64,000 nt of DNA from Calditrichales bacterium (GTDB lineage: Bacteria > Calditrichota > Calditrichia > Calditrichales > J004). The stretch spans positions 2,144,001 to 2,208,000 of the forward strand of contig OZ254086.1 in NCBI GenBank assembly GCA_965267575.1. Reading direction: 5' to 3'. The translations under genes were made by a program, and so were the position numbers. The notes below the pieces were generated by a model, which searched no databases, had not been told where the DNA came from, and was given only the letters and a program-made list of their open reading frames with translations. Shown here in pieces: positions 1 through 9,707 of the stretch; position 1 is the first letter of the stretch, and the number at the start of each line of letters is the position of its first letter.

Positions 1-2
1 CC

Positions 3-1178
3 CTGGACGGTGTTATCTGGGATGAGTTGCCCAAAGGCTGGCCATCAGAAAAGAGCTACTTCTTATGGACTGATATCCAGCAAAAATATGCCGCTGAAAG
101 ACCCCAGATCAGGATCATCAACATTGATCTGGCAGCAATCGTTTATACATCGGGCAGTACCGGGAAGCCAAAGGGTGTTACACTTTCGCACCTGAATATC
201 TGCACCAATACCCAGTCTATTGTCTCTTATCTGAAGCTTTCCGCCAAAGACCGTATCATGGTGATTTTGCCGTTTTATTACATTTACGGATTGTCTCTGC
301 TTAATACACATATTGCCGTTGGCGGAAGTCTGGTAATAGACAATCGCTTTGCTTTTCCAAATGTCGTACTGGACACGATGGAAAAGCAGCAGGTTACGGG
401 CTTTGCAGGCGTGCCCAGCACTTTTGCTATTTTGCTTAATAAATCCAACGTCAGAAATCGTTCTTTTCAAAAATTGCGCTATTTAACGCAAGCCGGCGGA
501 GCCATGGCGCCTGTGTTGCAAACCGACGTCGCTGAAGTGTTCAGCCCGGCAAAGCTAATCGTTATGTACGGCGCGACAGAAGCATCGGCAAGGCTGACCT
601 ACCTTGATCCGGAATTTCATTCTCAAAAACTGGGCTCTATCGGCAAGGCGATCCCTAATGTGGAAGTATTTGTTGCGGATCATAACGGACAACCACTGCC
701 GGCGGGTGAGCAGGGTGAGATTGTTGCCCGGGGAGCCAACATGATGCAAGGCTACTGGCGCGATCCGCAGGAAACGGCCAAAGTTGTGCGCCACGGCCTC
801 TATTTTACCGGCGATTTGGGCAAAACCGATGAAGAGGGTTTTCTCTATGTTGTCGGGCGCAGCAAGGATATGATTAAGGTTGGCGCAAACCGCATCAGCG
901 CTAAGGAGATAGAAGAAGCCATTCTTGAAAACGAAAATGTTGTCGAAGTCGCCGTTATTGGCGTGCCGGATGATATCCTCGGTGAAGCGATGGACGCTTG
1001 CGTGGTATTGAAGGAACGGCATAACGGCTGGGAAAAAGATCTTCTGGAATTTACCCGCAAAAAACTGCCGCCCTTCAAAGTGCCTTCCTATTTTTCGCCG
1101 CTTGACGCCCTGCCCAAAAATACTTCCGGCAAAGTCATGAAGAATAAAATAAGGAAGCTCAAGGGACTGGAAGTCTGA
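3..1178 (+). CDS. AMP-forming acyl/aminoacyl-CoA (ACP) ligase, adenylate-forming superfamily; 5'-truncated by window edge
   Basis: Motifs YTSGSTGKPKG, YGATE, TGDLG, GRSKDMIK, LPKNTSGK. The frame is open from position 3, so the true start lies upstream. It sits in an EPS locus with an ACP. Confidence 0.9.
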   Translation: MDGVIWDELPKGWPSEKSYFLWTDIQQKYAAERPQIRIINIDLAAIVYTSGSTGKPKGVTLSHLNICTNTQSIVSYLKLSAKDRIMVILPFYYIYGLSLLNTHIAVGGSLVIDNRFAFPNVVLDTMEKQQVTGFAGVPSTFAILLNKSNVRNRSFQKLRYLTQAGGAMAPVLQTDVAEVFSPAKLIVMYGATEASARLTYLDPEFHSQKLGSIGKAIPNVEVFVADHNGQPLPAGEQGEIVARGANMMQGYWRDPQETAKVVRHGLYFTGDLGKTDEEGFLYVVGRSKDMIKVGANRISAKEIEEAILENENVVEVAVIGVPDDILGEAMDACVVLKERHNGWEKDLLEFTRKKLPPFKVPSYFSPLDALPKNTSGKVMKNKIRKLKGLEV

Positions 1179-1180
1179 TC

Positions 1181-2209
1181 ATGAAGATTGAAACGATTCA
1201 AACGGATTTGACAAACTGGGACGCCTACGTTGAGAACCATCCGCAGGGTACGATTTATCACAAAAGCGGGTGGAAAAATATCATTGAGTCTCATTTTGGT
1301 AAAAAGACGCACTATCTGCTGGCGCGCGATGATCATGCCGTTCGTGGCGTTTTGCCGCTGGTAGAATTCAGCTCGCCTTTGTTCGGAAGATTTATCATTT
1401 CCGTGCCTTATGTCAACTACGGAGGTCTCCTTTTTTCGGATGATCAGGCGCGCGCGGCGCTGTTGAAAGAAGCCGATCGCATACGTGACGATCGCAAAGC
1501 GGAATCAGTTGAATTGCGCCACGTGGGAGACGATTTGAACGGTCTTCCGGTAAAAACGCAAAAGGTGACTTTTTTTCTTGATTTACCCGGGGATAGCGAG
1601 GAGTTATTGGCTGCTTTCAAAGCGAAATTGCGCAGCCAGATTCGCCGCCCCATGAAAGAAGGGATGTATGCAAAAAGCGGCGGTCAGGAGTTGCTTGATG
1701 ATTATTATGCCGTTTTTTCAATCAATATGCGCGACTTGGGTACGCCGGTTTATGACCGGCGTTTTTTTAAGGCCATTTTTGCGCAAACGCCTGAAAATTG
1801 TCACATTGTAACCGTTTATACGCCCGATCATAAATGTGTCGGCGGGGCTTTCCTGATCGGGTACCGGGGGCGCATGGAAATACCGTGGGCTTCCACGCTG
1901 AAGGAATACAATCGCTACAGCCCCAACATGTTGCTTTACTGGGAAGTGCTGAAGCTGGCCATAGAAAAAGGGTATAAGCAATTTGACTTTGGGCGTTGCA
2001 GCAAGGAGGGCGGAACGTACCGGTTTAAAAGGCAGTGGGGCGCCACCGAGATTCCGCTTCACTGGTATTATCTCTTGCCGGATGGGGCTGATATGCCGCA
2101 AATAAATCCGGACAATCCAAAATACAGGCTTGCCATCTCTGCCTGGCAAAAGCTGCCGGTGGCTGTGGCCAACGCCATCGGACCGCATATCGTAAAACAC
2201 CTGCCCTAG
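1181..2209 (+). CDS. FemAB-like (GNAT-fold) protein of the type associated with PEP-CTERM/exosortase EPS loci
   Basis: N-terminal WDAYV..HP..TIYH..GW, SVPYVNYGG, NMRDLGTPVY, FDFGR..GGTYRFKRQWGA, and C-terminal WQKLPV. Confidence 0.85.
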   Translation: MKIETIQTDLTNWDAYVENHPQGTIYHKSGWKNIIESHFGKKTHYLLARDDHAVRGVLPLVEFSSPLFGRFIISVPYVNYGGLLFSDDQARAALLKEADRIRDDRKAESVELRHVGDDLNGLPVKTQKVTFFLDLPGDSEELLAAFKAKLRSQIRRPMKEGMYAKSGGQELLDDYYAVFSINMRDLGTPVYDRRFFKAIFAQTPENCHIVTVYTPDHKCVGGAFLIGYRGRMEIPWASTLKEYNRYSPNMLLYWEVLKLAIEKGYKQFDFGRCSKEGGTYRFKRQWGATEIPLHWYYLLPDGADMPQINPDNPKYRLAISAWQKLPVAVANAIGPHIVKHLP

Positions 2210-2217
2210 GACCCCAA

Positions 2218-3366
2218 TTGCTGACACTTTTCATCCTGCTCGCTGCATTTATCATTTACATCTATATCGGTTATCCGATTGTTATGATGGTTCTCGGAAC
2301 CTTGTTCAAGCGACCGGCGAAAGATACGCCACCCGATGACCTGCCACGCGTTGCTTTTATTATTTCCGCCTTTAACGAAGAATCCGTTATAGGAGAGAAA
2401 CTCGATAATACAAAGCGGCTTAAGTACCCTTCTGACAAGCTTGATATTTTTGTCATATCCGATGCTTCCGATGACAATACGGACGAAATTGTTAACAAAT
2501 ATGACCATGTTTTTCTGAAGCGCATGACCGAGCGGCGCGGAAAGACCTACGGTATTAACGAAGTCGTCCCTCAGCTCGATCATGATGTTGTCGTGTTTTC
2601 CGACGCAAACGCCATTTACGAAGAAAACGCACTGATGGAGCTGGTGAAGTTTTTTGGCGATCCCAAAGTGGGATATGTGGTAGGATATGCCCGCTATTAT
2701 GATGAAGAGCGCAGCCAGGCCGGCGAACAGGAAAATGCCTACTGGAATTTTGAAGTGAAACTTAAAGAGTATGAGAGCCGCCTGGGATCGGTGGTTGGCG
2801 GAGATGGTGCCATCTATGCCATCCGGCGCAGGCTTTTCCGGCATCTTGAAGAGGATGATATAAACGATTTTGTCAATCCCCTGCATATTATTTTACAGGG
2901 CTATCGCGGTGTTTTTAATCCCGATGCCGTGTGTTACGAACACACCGCGGAAAATTTTGAAAAAGAGCTTAAACGCAAGCGTCGCATCGTTAACCGCAGC
3001 TGGCGCGGGCTTATGAAGAATGCGGCCGTGCTGAATCCTTTTAAAACCGGGCTTCATGCCTGGCAAGTTTTTTCGCATAAATTTTTGCGCTGGCTGGGCG
3101 GGTTTTTTCTTATCGCCTTCCTGGCGGTGAATTTTTTGGTTTTGGAACACGGCGATCTTCCGCGCTGGGTTTTAGCGGCGCAACTGGCCTTTTATAGTTG
3201 CGGTATAATAGGCGCTATTGGCATTAAAGCAGGAAAAAATATGCCGCCGCCGTTTTCTATCTGCTATTATTTCGTTGCCGTAAATGTCGTATCGCTGTTG
3301 GGTATTTGGGATAACTACAACGGGAAAAAATATACTACCTGGCAAACAATCAGGGAAGAAAGCTAA
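2218..3366 (+). CDS. GT2 glycosyltransferase (membrane-anchored, CESA-like subfamily)
   Basis: IISAFNEE, SDASDD, FSDAN, GGDGAIYAIRR, KRRI motifs, with N- and C-terminal TM segments; TTG start. Confidence 0.9.
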   Translation: MLTLFILLAAFIIYIYIGYPIVMMVLGTLFKRPAKDTPPDDLPRVAFIISAFNEESVIGEKLDNTKRLKYPSDKLDIFVISDASDDNTDEIVNKYDHVFLKRMTERRGKTYGINEVVPQLDHDVVVFSDANAIYEENALMELVKFFGDPKVGYVVGYARYYDEERSQAGEQENAYWNFEVKLKEYESRLGSVVGGDGAIYAIRRRLFRHLEEDDINDFVNPLHIILQGYRGVFNPDAVCYEHTAENFEKELKRKRRIVNRSWRGLMKNAAVLNPFKTGLHAWQVFSHKFLRWLGGFFLIAFLAVNFLVLEHGDLPRWVLAAQLAFYSCGIIGAIGIKAGKNMPPPFSICYYFVAVNVVSLLGIWDNYNGKKYTTWQTIREES

Positions 3367-3374
3367 AGGAGATC

Positions 3375-4451
3375 GTGCCGCAAATGGGCTATGTGGTTAA
3401 ACAAGCAGACTTAAAAAAAGAGCGACATATCATGGTGGGTATTCTGCAGAATAACCGCCAGGTTGATGATTTTGATTACAATAAGCGGTTTGAGTGGATC
3501 TATGAAAACAATCCCTATGGTAAGGCACGCGCCTGGATCATCTGGGATGACAAGAACGACCTGCCGGTGGGCTTTACAGGCGTTTTCCCAAGGCCTGTTT
3601 ATGTCAACGGCCAGCGTGTGATGTGCTGGAATTGTGGTGATTTTTCGATCGAGAAAAAATACCGTACGCTGGGTATAGCCATAAAGCTGCGCAAAGCCGC
3701 CAAAGAAGCGGTGGACAGCGGCGAAATACCTTTTTTGTATGCCCACCCCAATGAAAGAATGGAAGTGATTCACCTGAAGGTGGGGCATAAGAAGATCGCT
3801 CAAATGCAGCGCTTTGCCCTGCCAATCCGGGCTACGCGGCTTATTCATTCTTATGTTAAGAATAATGCCCTCACCTGGTTGCTGTCCAAGCCTGCCAATT
3901 TTTTGTTATCGCTTAAATATCGTTTCAGTACTTTTTTGGGCATAAGCGGTGTCATACATGATGAGGTTAAGGTCGGCCAGGATCACGATCAGCTTGCAGA
4001 AAGAATGTATGAGAGCTTTAAGGTTGTGGGCGAGCGAAGCACGACATATCTGAACTGGAAATTTGGTTCTAATCCAAACCGCCGTTACAGCCAGTTCGAC
4101 CTGTATTATAAGGGAATGCTGGTAGGCTGTGTGTTCTACGTTCAAAGGGACGATGCTGTTTACGTACTCGATGTGTTAGTTGATGATTTTGATCGTTTTG
4201 CCGGTGAGCTTTTCCGCAATTTTATTAACAGTATCCGCAAGGCATATAACCGTTCCATCGTATCAGTTTCCTTTATTTTACAGGAATTCAATCCGTTTAT
4301 ACCGGTACTAAAAAAACTCGGTTTTCGTTACCGTGATGATGCCACTTCCGGCGTGATCAGCTATGCGAACGAAGAAATCAATCCGCAAACCGCAACCGCT
4401 GTTTTAGATGGTAAATCATGGTTTATGACGGTTGGCGACAGAGATGCTTAA
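3375..4451 (+). CDS. GNAT-family N-acyltransferase
   Basis: W.YENNPYG, CGDFSIEKKYRTLGIA acetyl-CoA-binding-like segment, YAHPN, C-terminal GDRD; AAGGAG RBS upstream of GTG. Confidence 0.7.
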   Translation: MPQMGYVVKQADLKKERHIMVGILQNNRQVDDFDYNKRFEWIYENNPYGKARAWIIWDDKNDLPVGFTGVFPRPVYVNGQRVMCWNCGDFSIEKKYRTLGIAIKLRKAAKEAVDSGEIPFLYAHPNERMEVIHLKVGHKKIAQMQRFALPIRATRLIHSYVKNNALTWLLSKPANFLLSLKYRFSTFLGISGVIHDEVKVGQDHDQLAERMYESFKVVGERSTTYLNWKFGSNPNRRYSQFDLYYKGMLVGCVFYVQRDDAVYVLDVLVDDFDRFAGELFRNFINSIRKAYNRSIVSVSFILQEFNPFIPVLKKLGFRYRDDATSGVISYANEEINPQTATAVLDGKSWFMTVGDRDA

Positions 4452-4462
4452 CAGGAGAGAAC

Positions 4463-4696
4463 ATGAAAGACAAAATAGTTGAGTTTTTATACGACGAAAA
4501 TCTGAAAGATGAATTTGAAAACCTGGATCATGATGATTCACTGTTGGAATTAGGTATCATTGATTCAGTTAAAATGATGGATTTGATCGAATTTCTCGAG
4601 AAGACCTATGGCATCAACGTGGATGATGACGATCTCTATCCGGAAAATTTCGATTCCATTAACGCCATAGCAGAATTTGTGGAGTCCAAAAAGTAA
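4463..4696 (+). CDS. Acyl/aminoacyl carrier protein (DltC-like, EPS-associated)
   Basis: Acidic 77-aa protein with the LGIIDS phosphopantetheine Ser motif and PENFDSI. ATG 4463 follows an AGGAG RBS; the ORF-track start at 4418 is probably too long. Confidence 0.9.
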   Translation: MKDKIVEFLYDENLKDEFENLDHDDSLLELGIIDSVKMMDLIEFLEKTYGINVDDDDLYPENFDSINAIAEFVESKK

Positions 4697-4698
4697 TA

Positions 4699-5919
4699 AT
4701 GCCCCGAATAGAAATGCCCTGGGCCGCCTGGTATGGTGACAGGAAATTGTTGCTGGATTTGCCGGATGACTGGCAGATCGATGAATACGCTCTGGATTCT
4801 GATAAGCAGGTAAATGACGCCACACTGGACAAAGCGGTTAGCGGCCTGGCAGATGTGCAGGCAAAAAAGAGAGCATCGAACGCTGTCATTGTTGTTGATG
4901 ATTTGACGCGTCCGGTAAAATTGGAAAGGCTGATGCCGCGCATTCTCTCACTGTTGAACCAATCGGGCATAGCCGACAAGGATATACGTATTCTGGTTGG
5001 TTTGGGCTCACACCAGGGCCTGAGCCGCGAAAATATGCAGAAAAAGCTGGGCAAAGAAGCAGTAGATAGAGTCACCTGCCTGAATCACGATCCTTCTGAT
5101 ACTGTTGAAGTGGGCGTTGAATGGGGCAAGACATCGGTAAAGTTGAACCAGGTTTACGTGGAGTCTGAGCTTAAGATTGTTATTAGCGGGCTGACGCCGC
5201 ACAGTTTCGCCGGCTTTAGCGGCGGTGCCAAAATGCTCTATCCCGGTCTGGCGGACATGGAGACAATTGCTAAGACCCACAAGTCCGTATTGATGGGATT
5301 TATGGGTAAACTGGGAGATGTTGCGCAAAACAAATTTCGAAATATCATTGAAGAGTTTGTAGAAAAAGTGGGTCTTGATTTTTTCTTTGGTGTCGTAATC
5401 AACGGGGACCGATCGATGCGTTCGGTGCATGCGGGCCATTATGTTGACGCCCATCGGGCTGCTGCCGAAGAAGCGGCTGAATATTGCCGCATACAGCTTA
5501 AGAATCCGCAGTATGATATTGTTATATCTTCTGCCTGGCCAAAGGACAGCGAGCTGCTGCAAGCGGAAAACGGGTTTATCCCGATTAAGTCCGCCGGTGC
5601 GGACTTGCTAAAACCGGGTGGCATATTTGTTTTATTGTCAGCTTGTTCCGAGGGCATGGGGCATCACGGTCTGTTCGGGCCGGGTGGGCTACTTTTTCGC
5701 AAAGCTCTGCCCTTGCGCTTTTTAAAAGACCGGCGATTGTTTTCCTTTTGTGAGAATGTCTCCAAAGAAGATTTCCACCACCTTTATCATGAGTCTTATG
5801 ACTTTTTTACAGATGTACAGGATTTGATTGACAGAGCTAAGTCATTGGCAGGCAAAAAGCCAAAAGTCGCCGTATTCCCATACGGCAGTATGCAGATAGC
5901 AGGTGCTTATGTCGGCTAG
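4699..5919 (+). CDS. LarA-superfamily (DUF2088) nickel-pincer-dependent 2-hydroxyacid racemase/epimerase
   Basis: VVDDLTRP, GLGSH, PHSFAGFSGGAK..PG and a downstream His (AKTH) match the LarA active-site motifs. Confidence 0.8.
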   Translation: MPRIEMPWAAWYGDRKLLLDLPDDWQIDEYALDSDKQVNDATLDKAVSGLADVQAKKRASNAVIVVDDLTRPVKLERLMPRILSLLNQSGIADKDIRILVGLGSHQGLSRENMQKKLGKEAVDRVTCLNHDPSDTVEVGVEWGKTSVKLNQVYVESELKIVISGLTPHSFAGFSGGAKMLYPGLADMETIAKTHKSVLMGFMGKLGDVAQNKFRNIIEEFVEKVGLDFFFGVVINGDRSMRSVHAGHYVDAHRAAAEEAAEYCRIQLKNPQYDIVISSAWPKDSELLQAENGFIPIKSAGADLLKPGGIFVLLSACSEGMGHHGLFGPGGLLFRKALPLRFLKDRRLFSFCENVSKEDFHHLYHESYDFFTDVQDLIDRAKSLAGKKPKVAVFPYGSMQIAGAYVG

Positions 5920-7207
5920 TGCCATTCTGTTTCTTGTGATTTTTGTTGTTGGAGTTTATTTAACGTTCAAACATCCGTTTTATGGTATAGCCCTGTATAT
6001 ATTCGAATGGCATAATCATCCGCCTTACATGTGGTGGGGAGACCCACTGCCCGATCTACGCTGGTCTTTACTCGTGGCTGTACTAACCCTGGCTTCAATG
6101 ATCATTAATTTCAAGAAGCTGAAGCCGCTTAAGGGAGCTAGTTACGCGCTTATCTGGTGGCTTGTGGCTTTTACGGTCTGGATGTATGTCGTTTCCATGT
6201 TTTTTGCAATCGATCCTTATCACAGTTTCAGAAGGGCGGAAAACTTTCTCAAGTTGACGATTCAAATAATGCTGATGAGTTACCTCGTTCGGGAAAAAGA
6301 GCACATCCGCTTTGTCTTCTGGACAATGATCCTAAGTGTGGCAAATTTTGGAAGGGTGGCCTTCGAGCGAGGGTCGAACCGCTACCTTGGCGTTATTGCC
6401 CCCAATGCCACGGAAGAAAATGCCATTTCAGCTCATGTGGCGGCCGTGCTACCCTGGTTTGGTCTCTACTTTATGAACGGTAAGCGCTGGGAAAAAATTG
6501 TCACGTTTTTATCGATTCCGTTTCTGGTAAACCTTATCATCCTTGCCAATTCACGCGCCTCTTTTATGGCGGTGGTCTCCACAGCTCTCCTCATGCTTAT
6601 TTGGGTAAAGGGGCGGTTGAGACTTCAGGTTTTGGCCGGAATTGTGGGCGGGATTATTCTCGTATTTGCCCTGGCTAATGAACAATTTTGGGAGCGCCAG
6701 CAAACGATCCGCGAATATGAAGATGAAGGCTCTGCAATGAGTCGTTTCTATTTATGGTCCGGTGCTTACGAAATGTGGAAGGATAATCCGTTTGGTCTGG
6801 GCGGAGAAGGTTTTGAAGCACTTGTAATAGAGTATGTACCGGAGTTGGCCCCGCAAATGAGAGAAGAGGGTGCAAAAACAGTTCACTCTACGTTTTTCCT
6901 TGTATTGGTAGAATGGGGCGCGCCGGGTGTGATAATCTTTATCGGCTTTACGATACATATGATAATGATGCTTGGTACGGTAAAGCGACGGTCGCGGATG
7001 ACAACATCCTACCGTTATTACGTTGATGCGATCGCTATCCAGATGGGGATAGTAGCCCTGATTGTTGCCGGACTTACCCATAACAGGCTTTACGCAGAGG
7101 TCTATTACTGGTTTGGAGCCTTTGCCGTCATACTCAAGAATATCCAGCATGACGAGATTATTACCGAATTTGAAAAACAGCCTGCGCAGGAATCCAACCT
7201 ATCATGA
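5909..7207 (+). CDS. O-antigen ligase/Wzy-type polysaccharide polymerase family membrane protein
   Basis: About 11-12 hydrophobic segments; SRAS, SAMSR..W, PFGLG, HSTFFLVLVEWG Wzy_C signature. Confidence 0.85.
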   Translation: MSASAILFLVIFVVGVYLTFKHPFYGIALYIFEWHNHPPYMWWGDPLPDLRWSLLVAVLTLASMIINFKKLKPLKGASYALIWWLVAFTVWMYVVSMFFAIDPYHSFRRAENFLKLTIQIMLMSYLVREKEHIRFVFWTMILSVANFGRVAFERGSNRYLGVIAPNATEENAISAHVAAVLPWFGLYFMNGKRWEKIVTFLSIPFLVNLIILANSRASFMAVVSTALLMLIWVKGRLRLQVLAGIVGGIILVFALANEQFWERQQTIREYEDEGSAMSRFYLWSGAYEMWKDNPFGLGGEGFEALVIEYVPELAPQMREEGAKTVHSTFFLVLVEWGAPGVIIFIGFTIHMIMMLGTVKRRSRMTTSYRYYVDAIAIQMGIVALIVAGLTHNRLYAEVYYWFGAFAVILKNIQHDEIITEFEKQPAQESNLS

Positions 7208-8574
7208 CGCAAAAAAATATTCTTTTTTTAACAAGTAACTTTCCTCCGAACCTCTCAGTAGGAACGCAGCGGGTAACAAAAATTCTCAAGTATATCAACA
7301 AAAAAGAATTCCGCTTTTTTGTATTGACATTAAAGGAAGATTATTTTCCGACGGATTTAGATTCTTATCTCAAGAACGGCAGAGTATTTCCGGAAAACGT
7401 TACTGTTTCAAGAACAGACAAACTGGAGTTAACCCGCGGTTTCACTAAGTTGAAAGCTTTGCTGAAAAAGGCCGCAAATGGCAAGTCGCAGACTAAGCCA
7501 AAAGCCATATCTTCCTCAAGTAATGCAACCACCAATACCCAAAAGAGCACACTCAAAAAAGTGGAAAGCCATGTAAGAAACTGGCTTTTTTCAATATTTG
7601 AATTTCCAGATAAATTCATCGGGTGGTTGCCATATGCCGTAAAGCAGGGTGTTCGCCTTATACGTGAAAATAATATAGATACGATCCTTACCACCGCTCC
7701 GCCGCATTCGCTTTTCATAATGGCCTGGCTGATCAAAAAACGCACCGGGGCGAAGCTGGTCCTGGACTTTAGGGACCCATGGGCCCTTTCAATCTGGGAT
7801 TACAGCAAATCGTTAAAAAGCAGGCTGGAGCAGTATTACGAACGCAAAGTTATAAATGCAGCGGATCAGGTCTTGTTTGTTACAGAAAAAATGCGTGATC
7901 GCTATGCCGAATTTTACGGCGACGGATTGGCGGAAAAGTTTGCTTTCTTTTCAAATGGTTTTGATCCTGAAGATTTTACCGATTTAGAAAACGGTGTTGC
8001 GCAAAAGGAACCCGACGATGTGTTGAGATTTGTGCATCTGGGCAGTTTATACAAAAAAAGAAATCCCGAACCTCTTTTTCTCGCTCTTGCCCAGCTCATT
8101 AAGGAGGGCAAGGTAGATCCTGCCGCCTTAAAAATGGAGTTTATTGGTTTTGTCGCTACGGAACTGGAATATCTTAACAAGAAGGTAGAAGAGCTAAATC
8201 TCGCGCAGGTCGTGTTTTTTAAAGATTCTGTCGGTTTTAAGGAAAGCCTTACGATAATGCAGCAATCCAACGTGCTGCTTATAATTCAACCCGGAACAGA
8301 TATGCAAATACCGGCCAAGCTGTTCGAATACATGTACGCCGGTAAGCCGATTTTCGCTATGGCGGAACCGGACAGTGCCACAGAAGCAACCATTCTTAAA
8401 GGTAACTTGGGCTATGTCGCACCCAGTTCGGATGTGGACATAATCTCCCAGAAATTGTTACAAATGATAAAAGCTCTCAATTCTAAAGATCAAAAAGCCG
8501 TGGACGGTTACGTGGATAAATTCAATATGGCCAAAGCGATAACGCGTTTTGAAAATATCATAAGGAGCGTATGA
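7204..8574 (+). CDS. GT4-family glycosyltransferase
   Basis: FPPNLSVGTQR, TAPPHS, DFRDPW, NGFD, PAKLFEYM; ATGA overlap. Confidence 0.9.
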   Translation: MTQKNILFLTSNFPPNLSVGTQRVTKILKYINKKEFRFFVLTLKEDYFPTDLDSYLKNGRVFPENVTVSRTDKLELTRGFTKLKALLKKAANGKSQTKPKAISSSSNATTNTQKSTLKKVESHVRNWLFSIFEFPDKFIGWLPYAVKQGVRLIRENNIDTILTTAPPHSLFIMAWLIKKRTGAKLVLDFRDPWALSIWDYSKSLKSRLEQYYERKVINAADQVLFVTEKMRDRYAEFYGDGLAEKFAFFSNGFDPEDFTDLENGVAQKEPDDVLRFVHLGSLYKKRNPEPLFLALAQLIKEGKVDPAALKMEFIGFVATELEYLNKKVEELNLAQVVFFKDSVGFKESLTIMQQSNVLLIIQPGTDMQIPAKLFEYMYAGKPIFAMAEPDSATEATILKGNLGYVAPSSDVDIISQKLLQMIKALNSKDQKAVDGYVDKFNMAKAITRFENIIRSV

Positions 8575-9707
8575 AGAAAATACGTATTGCCCATATTATC
8601 AACTTTCTCTCTCCGGCCGGCAAAGAAGTTGGTATAGTGAAACTGTTAAACGGCATGGATGAAGAGCGCTTCGAAGGCTATCTGATTGTAATTGATAAAG
8701 TTATTGATCCGCTGTTTCTTGATCAGAAAAAAACAAAGCTTTTAAGTTTGAACAAAAAGCCGGGCAATGATGTCGGTCTTCCATTCAGGCTTGCATCTAT
8801 TTTGCGTAAGGAAAAAATAGATATTGTACATACACATGCCTGGGGAACCCTTGTGGAAGGTATTCTGGGAGCTAAAATGGCCCGGGTGCCTGTCATTATT
8901 CATGGCGAACATGGCACATTTCACACAGATGCCAAAAGAAAGCTCATTCAGCGTTTGTTTTTCAATTTGGCTGATTATCTCCTCTCTGTGTCGCAGGTAC
9001 TTGCAGATAGGCTGCACGAAGTGATCGGACCACGTAACAAGAGATTTACTTCTATTCTGAACGGTGTGGATACCGAGCGTTTTTATCCTAACGAACAGAA
9101 AAGAGTACATCAAAGAAAAGAACTGGGGGTTTCGCCGGATACCGTGTTGATCGGTACCGTTGGCCGGACCGTACCCGTAAAAAATCATCAGCTTCTTATT
9201 AAAGCGGCGGCCTTGCTGCACGAAACGCATACAAATTTTAAGATCTGCATTGTAGGCGGTATTGACGCTGAGAAAAAAGAGCGGTTGGAGTGTGAGCGCC
9301 TGGCGGATGAACTGGATGTGGCTTCTTTTGTAGATTTTGTCGGTGTTCAGGATGATATACCCGCTTTTCTCAATGCCTTCGATATCTTTGTGCTGCCCTC
9401 ATTGAGTGAGGGCTGCTCCAACGTAATACAGGAGGCTATGGCGTGCGGTAAACCAGTTGTCGCTTCTAATGTCGGGGGAAACTCAGAATTAGTTATGCAC
9501 CAGAAATCCGGATTGCTTTTCCCCAGCAATGATGAAAAAGCCTTGTATAAAGCGTTAACCGTTCTCGTGGATGATGATCGTTTGCGCGAGAGTTTTGGCC
9601 GGAATGCGCTGGAACAGATCCGCAGCAGTTTTTCCCTCACACAAATGATAAAATCTTATCAGAATTTTTATTTAACCAGTCTGGAAGTTAAGCCCAATGA
9701 GCAGTAA
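8571..9707 (+). CDS. GT4-family glycosyltransferase (resembles PEP-CTERM-locus sugar transferases)
   Basis: IHGEHG, NGVDTERF, PVKNH, PSLSEGCSNVIQEAMACGKPVVASNVGGN. Confidence 0.9.
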   Translation: MKKIRIAHIINFLSPAGKEVGIVKLLNGMDEERFEGYLIVIDKVIDPLFLDQKKTKLLSLNKKPGNDVGLPFRLASILRKEKIDIVHTHAWGTLVEGILGAKMARVPVIIHGEHGTFHTDAKRKLIQRLFFNLADYLLSVSQVLADRLHEVIGPRNKRFTSILNGVDTERFYPNEQKRVHQRKELGVSPDTVLIGTVGRTVPVKNHQLLIKAAALLHETHTNFKICIVGGIDAEKKERLECERLADELDVASFVDFVGVQDDIPAFLNAFDIFVLPSLSEGCSNVIQEAMACGKPVVASNVGGNSELVMHQKSGLLFPSNDEKALYKALTVLVDDDRLRESFGRNALEQIRSSFSLTQMIKSYQNFYLTSLEVKPNEQ

